Origin: Faecousia sp.
GTDB taxonomy: Bacteria; Bacillota; Clostridia; Oscillospirales; Oscillospiraceae
Direction of reading: 5' to 3'
Assembly (NCBI GenBank): GCA_045601945.1
Contig: JAZSAO010000278.1
Span: 1-41,230, forward strand
DNA: 41,230 nucleotides
Within the stretch, counting starts at the first letter, position 1. Each line of letters begins with the position of its first letter. Shown one piece after another: positions 34,411-41,230 of the stretch. A program made the position numbers and the translations under genes. The notes under the pieces were generated by a model. The model saw only the letters and a list, made by a program, of their open reading frames with translations. It made no database searches and was not told where the DNA came from.

Positions 34411-35539
34411 TTTTTCCGGCAAAACTTATGCGGCGATCCTCGCCGATATGCTGGCAAGAATACCAGCATCTTACGATAAGAGAGACACATCTCCGATACC
34501 CACGGCTTTAGGTCCTGCTGCCTGGGCGATAGAGGGTGTATACCTTGCCCTGGCACAGATACAGAACCAGGCGTTCGTTGGCACGGCTGTAGGATCCGAT
34601 CTGGACAGCTTGGCTGCCCTGGGTGGGATCACAAGGCTTTCTGCTACGCCTGCGGTAAGGCTCGGCGTCTTTAATACAGCTATCAACCTGGGCGATAGGT
34701 TCTCCACGATCAATGGGGCGAACTCGATCGATTTCGTGGCAACGGCGGCAACTGCGGATCCGCTTGAATGGTGGCTTACTGCAGAAACTCCCGGCACAAT
34801 AGGCAACCAATACACAGGCAACATCCTGCCGATATCGACGATTCAGGGTCTGACCTCGGCGCAGATCACAGACATTATTGTCAGCGGATCTGATGCGGAG
34901 ACGGATGAGCAGCTCCGCACGAGGCTTGTGCAGGCGCTTACCGATAGGCCATTTGCTGGCAACATTGCTGCGTATAAGGATGCGCTTCTGGAACTTACGG
35001 AGATCAATGGAACATCCGTCAGGGTAGGGGGTGTTCAGGTCTATCCGACCTGGAATGGAGGAGGTACGGTCAAGTGTTCCGTCGTGGGCGCTGACCATCT
35101 TCCTGTTTCAAGCGCACTACTGACGCTGATTCAGGACTATGTGGATCCTTCGGTCAACTCTGCGGATGGCATCGGTATTGCGCCGATAGGGGCGGAGGTT
35201 ACTATCTCAACACCGAGCGCCGCGACAGTAAACATCACGGCTACGGTCACGCATACTCCCGGCACAACGCTTGCGGATATACAGTCGCAGGCGGCTGTTG
35301 AGATTGGAGAGTATCTTGCGGATGTCCGTTCCGAGTGGGGGACTCCGGAAGCGGATGCTCTTACTTATGTGTCCAATGTTTATCTGTCCAGGGTCACGGC
35401 GGCCATTGTCGGGATCTCCGGGGTGACCAATGTGACTGCGGTAAGGATCAACGGATCCGCTGCAGATCTTGTGCTCACAGAAACAGCCGCCACACAGCAG
35501 ACTCCGGTCCTTGGGACAGTAACGCTTACGGAGGGTTGA
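34403..35539 (+). CDS. Baseplate J-like protein (XkdT)
   Basis: DKRDTS, TAVG..LD, ETDEQLR.R, GN...Y, P.WNGGGTVK, APIGA. Confidence 0.92.
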   Translation: MIDFSGKTYAAILADMLARIPASYDKRDTSPIPTALGPAAWAIEGVYLALAQIQNQAFVGTAVGSDLDSLAALGGITRLSATPAVRLGVFNTAINLGDRFSTINGANSIDFVATAATADPLEWWLTAETPGTIGNQYTGNILPISTIQGLTSAQITDIIVSGSDAETDEQLRTRLVQALTDRPFAGNIAAYKDALLELTEINGTSVRVGGVQVYPTWNGGGTVKCSVVGADHLPVSSALLTLIQDYVDPSVNSADGIGIAPIGAEVTISTPSAATVNITATVTHTPGTTLADIQSQAAVEIGEYLADVRSEWGTPEADALTYVSNVYLSRVTAAIVGISGVTNVTAVRINGSAADLVLTETAATQQTPVLGTVTLTEG

Positions 35540-35540
35540 C

Positions 35541-36428
35541 ATGGCGCTCCGCATTGATACAGACCTGCACGAGGTTCTCCCGGAATATTACCGGGGGATT
35601 GCAGACTACGAAGAGATAATGGACACCGAGGAGAGCGAGCTGGAGGCATTGGCTGCGTTCATCCAGGCTGTCCATGATAACTTTTTCCTGCAGACGATGA
35701 ACGAGGCTACGGCAACTGCCTGGGAACGTCTTTTGGGCATTTCCGCATTGCCGGGCGACTCGCTGGAGTTCAGGCGCATCAGGATCCTGAACCGAATATC
35801 CACAAGGCCGCCGTTCTCGCTCGGCTTTCTGTATGAGAAGCTGGATGAGCTTATCGGTCCTGGCAAATGGATCGTTGACATGGACTATGCGAACTACACG
35901 CTGTACATCGAGTCGGCTGCTGAATCTCAGGATTATGCTGTTGAAGTGGCTTTCACGGTCAACCACATAAAGCCTGCGCATATAGCCTATGTCAACAGAC
36001 CGTATCTGTCCGACACGGCGCTTTTAAGCGAGACCATCGGTGCGAGCAGCCTGCAGTACAATTATGTGCTCGGGTCGTGGAACCTGGGCGCACGGCCGTT
36101 TGTGACGGCTTATGAGGAGGTCAATTACAAAGTGGCGACTACCAATTCTCTTACAAGCGAGCTTATAGGCGATGTGGCGGTCTGCGTCAAGGATGACATA
36201 TCCAAGGCGAGGATCAACGGCACATCGGTCATCACGAGCGTCACGAAGACCGTATCTGACGGTACGGTGACCGTGACTTATACCGTTCCGCAGGGAACGG
36301 TATCGACCATCAACAAGGTCGAGCTTTTGGACTCATCGAACAATGTTTTAACAAGTTCCAATGTGTATATTCCGGCTGCATCAGCCGTTGAGATGAAGCA
36401 CCGTGTTCTGGTCAAGGAGGGCGTATGA
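35541..36428 (+). CDS. Baseplate wedge protein (XkdU/DUF2313-like)
   Basis: LPEYY, WERLLGI, LEFRR.RI, KPAHI. Confidence 0.85.
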   Translation: MALRIDTDLHEVLPEYYRGIADYEEIMDTEESELEALAAFIQAVHDNFFLQTMNEATATAWERLLGISALPGDSLEFRRIRILNRISTRPPFSLGFLYEKLDELIGPGKWIVDMDYANYTLYIESAAESQDYAVEVAFTVNHIKPAHIAYVNRPYLSDTALLSETIGASSLQYNYVLGSWNLGARPFVTAYEEVNYKVATTNSLTSELIGDVAVCVKDDISKARINGTSVITSVTKTVSDGTVTVTYTVPQGTVSTINKVELLDSSNNVLTSSNVYIPAASAVEMKHRVLVKEGV

Positions 36429-36664
36429 ACAAGCCTATTCAAACGAATCCGGTCGCTAATGTTCCGACTAATTGGGCATCAGGCGACATCATAACGCACA
36501 CGTCATACAACTCGCAGGCTGCGAAGATCAACGAAGCGTTGACCGATATCGGGGCTATAAACGACGCCTTTACGGGCATCAATAATGTTAAGGTCTACTC
36601 TGGCACGTCGACTCCGTCGTCCTCTGTCGGAGTGGTTGGAGATCTGTATATTCAGACGGAGTAA
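36425..36664 (+). CDS. Small tail-fibre adaptor-like protein
   Basis: PTNW..GDII N-terminus; SGTSTPSSSVG..GDLYIQ C-terminus. Confidence 0.7.
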   Translation: MNKPIQTNPVANVPTNWASGDIITHTSYNSQAAKINEALTDIGAINDAFTGINNVKVYSGTSTPSSSVGVVGDLYIQTE

Positions 36665-36667
36665 AGC

Positions 36668-38080
36668 ATGGCTCTTTATGACATAACGCTTGGCGGGTCT
36701 ACCGTTATTCAGGCTGAATACACCGATCCGACTGCGGAGCGATCCAAGGGCGGTGTCCGGCTTTCAATAACAAGCGCTAAGTATAACAATTCCACAAACA
36801 AGCTGGAGTTGGGGTATTCGGTCGTGCTGTATCCACCGGAGCAGTATAACCGCACGGACCTTACGGCCGTATATGCCGTGATAGCAGGAACGGAAGTATG
36901 TTTCCTGCATCCGAGCAGCGGAACGCTGGTTTCTTACACCGATTCGGACTACCGAGCCGGAAGCAAGACGATGGCAACCGGAACGGTGGAGATCGCTGCG
37001 AATAAAGGCACAACGCAGAGCATCAGCCTTTATATTAAGGGGATGTTCTACTACGGCTGGACCGATACAAGGTGGAATGCCAACACCGGCTGTTCTGCCA
37101 ATTCCGGGTCCGCGACTGCGCCGGTTCCTGGGGATCCGTCCGTTTCGGTCAGCATTACGAGCAAGACCTCTGCTTCAAGGGGCGGGTCTACGGGTAAGGC
37201 GACCGCTACTGCGGTCATTGCTGCAGGAACGAACGGCGGAAGCATAAGCAGCTACTCTGTTACCAACAACGGCTCAAGCACAACCTCTGCTTATACCAAA
37301 GAGGCAACGGGGCTGAAGAACAACACGTCCTACAGCTACAGTGCTACTGCCACCAATAGTTTCGGGCTGTCCGGGTCTGCGTCCGGATCATACTACCTGA
37401 CTCCGGTCGCTCCGGCTCTGTCGGTGACTGCGAGTCCTGCAAGGACGGGCTGTACGCTCAATTTGTCGCCTACGTTCGATACAAACCGCAAACTGGGTTC
37501 TTATGCCATTCGCTACGGAACGTCCGTCAGCTACGGTTCTACGACTTCAAGCGGGGCGATTTCGGGTCTTACTCCGAACACCACGTATTATTATTCTGCG
37601 ACAGTTACCGACTCCAACAACGGCGGTCCGTACGCGTCGGCTCTTACTTCTGGCGCTGCTACGGGATCCTTCAGGACGACCGGTAATGCACCGAGCATTA
37701 CGGGTGTTTCGGTGGCGGTGGATAAGTTCAACGCATCGCTTTCAGTATCCGTTACCTGCGATACGAATGCATCTGTGGCTTCGTATTCCGTGCAGTACGG
37801 TACGACATCAAGTTACGGATCCACATCTTCGAGCACGGCTCTTTCCGGTCTTACTCCGAGTACGCTGTACTATTATCGAGTCCAGGTCACAGATACGGAA
37901 GGACGCACAAGTAGCTGGTCATCTGGCACGTTCACGACTTTAGACGATCAGGCGAAAGGCTGGTATAAAACGGCCAACGGTTGGGTGCGTGGCAAGGTGT
38001 GGGTCAAGACTGCGTCAGGTTGGACGAAGGCGAAGAAGGTCTTTACTAAGACCGATTCTGGATGGAGGTCTAACGCATGA
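36668..38080 (+). CDS. Tail fibre/adhesin with fibronectin type III repeats
   Basis: Three GLxxxTxYxY repeats with YGT..SYG; C-terminal W.KT..GW repeats. Confidence 0.8.
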   Translation: MALYDITLGGSTVIQAEYTDPTAERSKGGVRLSITSAKYNNSTNKLELGYSVVLYPPEQYNRTDLTAVYAVIAGTEVCFLHPSSGTLVSYTDSDYRAGSKTMATGTVEIAANKGTTQSISLYIKGMFYYGWTDTRWNANTGCSANSGSATAPVPGDPSVSVSITSKTSASRGGSTGKATATAVIAAGTNGGSISSYSVTNNGSSTTSAYTKEATGLKNNTSYSYSATATNSFGLSGSASGSYYLTPVAPALSVTASPARTGCTLNLSPTFDTNRKLGSYAIRYGTSVSYGSTTSSGAISGLTPNTTYYYSATVTDSNNGGPYASALTSGAATGSFRTTGNAPSITGVSVAVDKFNASLSVSVTCDTNASVASYSVQYGTTSSYGSTSSSTALSGLTPSTLYYYRVQVTDTEGRTSSWSSGTFTTLDDQAKGWYKTANGWVRGKVWVKTASGWTKAKKVFTKTDSGWRSNA

Positions 38081-38646
38081 TCTTAAAACCGATGCTTCTG
38101 GATGAAACTGCGCAGAAGATCGTTCAAGCAGTTCAGCGGACAACGACCGGAATGGACGGAACAGCCACTTCGGATATAGTGCCTGGTACGGCTGCATCGG
38201 TTGGGATCGAGCCTGTTGTCCAGGATGATACAGGGCGAAGTCTTGTTGTTGCGCTCAATTCATTTGCGGCGGCTCTGTTCCATGAGCTTGGCCTTAGAGC
38301 CAAGTACCGATTAGGGACTACCGCATATTGGGCGACACAGCTTTCTGATATTCCGCTTGCCGGGGAACTTATAGTCTACACCGATTATTCCACGGAGACC
38401 GTGGATGGGCAGACAAGGTATATTCCGGCGTTTAAGTTCGGCGATGGGCTGGCTTATGTGGTCGATCTTCCATTCGTGGGCGATGACATAAGGAATGCCT
38501 TAAACGCGCATATAAACAATTCGACGATCCACATTACCGCAGCAGAACGTGAGTTCTGGAACAACAAGGTCCGCTGTTATATGGGGACGGAAAACATTTC
38601 TAATCAGATCGTAGAGAACGAAACTCTCATTTTCACAACCAACTAA
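38077..38646 (+). CDS. Tail fibre-associated protein
   Basis: PLAGELIVY...FKFGDG...DLPF fibre N-terminal-type motif; HINNSTIHITAAER..WN coiled motif. Confidence 0.72.
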   Translation: MILKPMLLDETAQKIVQAVQRTTTGMDGTATSDIVPGTAASVGIEPVVQDDTGRSLVVALNSFAAALFHELGLRAKYRLGTTAYWATQLSDIPLAGELIVYTDYSTETVDGQTRYIPAFKFGDGLAYVVDLPFVGDDIRNALNAHINNSTIHITAAEREFWNNKVRCYMGTENISNQIVENETLIFTTN

Positions 38647-38657
38647 AGGAGTTAAAC

Positions 38658-40016
38658 ATGGCAGAAATCTCGAAAATAACCTTACCGTCCGGTACTACAT
38701 ACGACCTTAAGGACGCCGTAGCGAGAGAAATGATCTCCGCTGGTATTACTTTTATCGTAGCCTGGAACGGGAGGTCGACTCCAACCGTGGCGAACATCCC
38801 TGCTGGGGTAACGGTAACTTACATGGGTACAACATATACCGGAACACTTGCGGCCGACGATGCACAGCCCGGTGCCTTTTACCTTGTAGCAGTACCGGGG
38901 ACAATTGCTGGAACAGATAACTATTACGAGTATGTTCCGGTCGGTGAGGCAGGGAGTAAGACCTGGGAAATGGTCGGAACATCGATAGTCGATCTTTCCG
39001 GGCTTGTTGAGGATGTTACGCTGAACAAGCAGACCACAAATTTTGTGACCGGTTATGCATCGCCGACTACGGCAAATGTTATCGGCGCGAGCTCCACCTT
39101 TAATGTAACGCAGCCAACTATCTCCGTAACACCGAGCACTTCCTATATTAAGGCGACTGCATCTGGTGGCGGGGCAGCTTGGAATAATAAGGATCAGAAG
39201 ACCGTTCTTACAGGACTCGGTACGGCCAGCACCAAGAGCGCGATCGGAGCAAGTTCCACCTTTACTGTTACACAGCCTACCGTAACGGTCGTCGCGGGAA
39301 CGGGTTCTTCAGCGTCGGCATCTGTAGTGACTGGTATTACTCCTACGACAACTGACACTTATGTCAAAAGCATCTATGGTGTGCAGAGCTCTACGACAAC
39401 GGCGTCTAAAGCTACTGCTGCTACAAGTCAGACCACAGCGACCGGCGCTGGAACAGCAACCAGTACAAATACTGATTGGCTCAAAGGGATCAGCGTTGCT
39501 AATGAGACGCTTACCATCGGCGCCGCGACTATGGATACGCAAACAACGACTCAGTTCACATTCTCAAATGTGACAGTACCTATAAAGAATACATCGCAGA
39601 CAGCGTTCTTGACTGATACTGCTTCTGGAACTGTCCTTGCCGGCCCTACCATAGTGACAGGTATTACGGCTACATCTGGTGATCTCTCCGCTACTGCGTC
39701 CGGCGCTGATGTTGCATGGAACAGTAAGGACGCTGTTACTGCTGTGACCGGATACGCATCGCCGACAACGGCAACGGTCATAGGATCTTCTTCCACGTTT
39801 ACGAACACTCAGCCTACAGTCGCTCTTGCAACAGATACCGCATCTGGCACCGGAAAGGTTCAGGTCGCAACCGGCATTTCTTCCGCGACTGCAACGGATG
39901 GCGCTGTTGCCTGGAACAGCAAGGATCAGAAGACTGCACTTACCGGACTCGGTACCGCTTCGACTGCGGCCGGACTTAACAACTCCACGTCCATTACTGT
40001 CGACTACGTTGACTAA
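38658..40016 (+). CDS. Thr/Ala-rich repetitive tail fibre protein
   Basis: ISKITLPSGTTYDLKD N-terminus; repeats AWNxKD..T..TG...T...IG.SSTF..TQPT. Confidence 0.72.
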   Translation: MAEISKITLPSGTTYDLKDAVAREMISAGITFIVAWNGRSTPTVANIPAGVTVTYMGTTYTGTLAADDAQPGAFYLVAVPGTIAGTDNYYEYVPVGEAGSKTWEMVGTSIVDLSGLVEDVTLNKQTTNFVTGYASPTTANVIGASSTFNVTQPTISVTPSTSYIKATASGGGAAWNNKDQKTVLTGLGTASTKSAIGASSTFTVTQPTVTVVAGTGSSASASVVTGITPTTTDTYVKSIYGVQSSTTTASKATAATSQTTATGAGTATSTNTDWLKGISVANETLTIGAATMDTQTTTQFTFSNVTVPIKNTSQTAFLTDTASGTVLAGPTIVTGITATSGDLSATASGADVAWNSKDAVTAVTGYASPTTATVIGSSSTFTNTQPTVALATDTASGTGKVQVATGISSATATDGAVAWNSKDQKTALTGLGTASTAAGLNNSTSITVDYVD

Positions 40017-40025
40017 GGAGGCCTT

Positions 40026-40928
40026 ATGGCTACTTACAGCATCAAACAGATAGAGCTGCCGAACGGAGATCTATGTGTACTTGATCCGGGAACACACTAT
40101 GGGACATGCACTACGGCTGCCGGTACTGCTGCAAAGACCACAAGCATATCGACCGTTACCGAGCTTAAGACCGGGCTGACGATCCACGTAAGGTTTTCTA
40201 ACTCGAACACGGTAGCGAATCCTACGCTCAATGTCAGTTCGCTGGGCGCTAAGGCTATTAAAAGATATGGCACGACTGCACCGAGCACGAGTACGGCATC
40301 TTCGTGGAACGCGGGGTCTGTGCTGACGCTGACTTATGACGGCACCTACTGGATGCTGAATGACTGGGTCAATACCACCTATTCGGCAATGACCTCAGCA
40401 GAAGCGACTGCAGGCACAGCTACAACGGCCCGTCTTATAACACCCGCAAGGCTTAAGGAGGGCGTTGAGGCTCATGCTCCGGTACAGAGCGTCAATGGAT
40501 CCACGGGAGATGTTACGGTCCAGCCGACACTCGTTAGTGGGACAAACATCAAGACCATCAATAACGAGTCCATCCTGGGATCTGGAGATCTAACGGTTAC
40601 AGCCAACATACCAGTTGAAACCATAACCGTTTCCGCAGGTACGAACATTTCTATCAACGCTTCTGTAACGAGCATTAAACGATACGGAAATGTTGTTAGT
40701 GGCTACATCAGATTCACGGCGTCGAGCCAAATCTCTGCGTATGCTTACGTTATCAACGGACTTCCCGCGCTTGCCACTTCAGCCGTATTTACTCTGCTGA
40801 ACGAGTACAACGGTCAGTACACCTCGCCGACGCTCTATGCTGACGCGGGGAACACCGGGCTTCGTGTCGGTGCTGCTAATATGGCGGCAGGAACTTATAA
40901 CGTATCATTTACTTATATCTGTCAGTAA
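40026..40928 (+). CDS. Tail fibre / receptor-binding protein
   Basis: YGTC.TAA.TAAKT...PTLNV...GAK...YDGTYW, VQSVNG.TGDV, SGTNIKTIN repeats, RYGNVV...GLP C-terminal domain. Confidence 0.8.
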   Translation: MATYSIKQIELPNGDLCVLDPGTHYGTCTTAAGTAAKTTSISTVTELKTGLTIHVRFSNSNTVANPTLNVSSLGAKAIKRYGTTAPSTSTASSWNAGSVLTLTYDGTYWMLNDWVNTTYSAMTSAEATAGTATTARLITPARLKEGVEAHAPVQSVNGSTGDVTVQPTLVSGTNIKTINNESILGSGDLTVTANIPVETITVSAGTNISINASVTSIKRYGNVVSGYIRFTASSQISAYAYVINGLPALATSAVFTLLNEYNGQYTSPTLYADAGNTGLRVGAANMAAGTYNVSFTYICQ

Positions 40929-40941
40929 AGGAGAGAGCAAA

Positions 40942-41230
40942 ATGGAATCAGTAACATTAACACAGGTGCTGATAGCAATCCTGGGCAGCTCTCTGCTGAC
41001 CACGGTCTTTACGAAATTGTTTGATTATTTTACAAGTGCGAGGAAAACACAGCAGATCCTGCTGCTCGGAGCTATCGAACAGCTCACGGACAAGATCCTA
41101 AGGCAGGGTTTCCGTACACGGATGCAGACGCTCCGACTCCAAGAGGCGCAGACGCAGTACAAGAAGCTCGGCGGAGATGGTTACGCTGCAGCTTTGATTG
41201 CCGAGGCGATGGACACCGATCTCAAGCACG
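40942..41230 (+). CDS. Holin-like membrane protein (continues across the junction to TGA at 150-152)
   Basis: AAGGAG RBS; N-terminal TM segment (LIAILGSSLLTTVF); YKKLGGDGY motif typical of Firmicutes phage lysis-module proteins. Confidence 0.7.
   Translation, partial: MESVTLTQVLIAILGSSLLTTVFTKLFDYFTSARKTQQILLLGAIEQLTDKILRQGFRTRMQTLRLQEAQTQYKKLGGDGYAAALIAEAMDTDLKH
41090..41230. repeat. Terminal direct repeat, identical to 1-141
   Basis: Exact match. Confidence 0.97.

Noticed and set aside
19046-35981. Long minus-strand ORFs across the structural module (e.g. 19679-20566, 29667-30596, 32776-33612)
   Set aside because: Antisense shadows of well-supported plus-strand genes; no recognisable motifs or RBS.
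36425-40928. Diversity-generating retroelement or invertase-shuffled fibres
   Set aside because: No reverse transcriptase or serine invertase ORF, and no adenine-specific TR/VR repeat pair seen.
1-41230. Apparent abundance of TCCGG/GGATCC sites as a signature of MTase targets
   Set aside because: Impression only; it needs observed/expected k-mer counts and may simply reflect host composition.

Overview
The window is a complete temperate phage genome with a contractile (PBSX/Xkd-type) tail, probably infecting a Clostridia-like Bacillota host. Bases 1-141 are identical to 41090-41230, so the circle is 41,089 bp. Modules in order: lysis (CHAP-LysM endolysin, holins); a small operator-controlled accessory operon; attP matching a tRNA-Ser-like 3' end, with tyrosine integrase, ImmA-like protease and CI/Cro switch; replication and recombination genes with an iteron origin; a split C5 DNA methyltransferase locus; Zn-ribbon accessory genes and a tRNA-like RNA; late activator; packaging; DUF2213/DUF2184 head; sheath, tube, baseplate and fibres. 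Four things stand out. (1) The portal is fused to a CdiA-C-like nuclease and has no protein immunity gene; instead it is followed by a self-contained antisense small-RNA gene (promoter, stem-loop, U7 tail). (2) Two otherwise unrelated proteins share an N-terminal leader (K.W.I...MM.G.F..D|A) and carry repeated xxD|A sites like those in the portal, scaffold and capsid, suggesting capsid-targeted, protease-cleaved cargo polyproteins. (3) The MTase is circularly permuted and multi-ORF, with about 13 TRD-like modules, an overlapping alternative-frame subunit and a G9 tract that swaps which subunit carries the TRD array. (4) A non-canonical tRNA-like element. All family calls come from motif recognition; no database searches were run.
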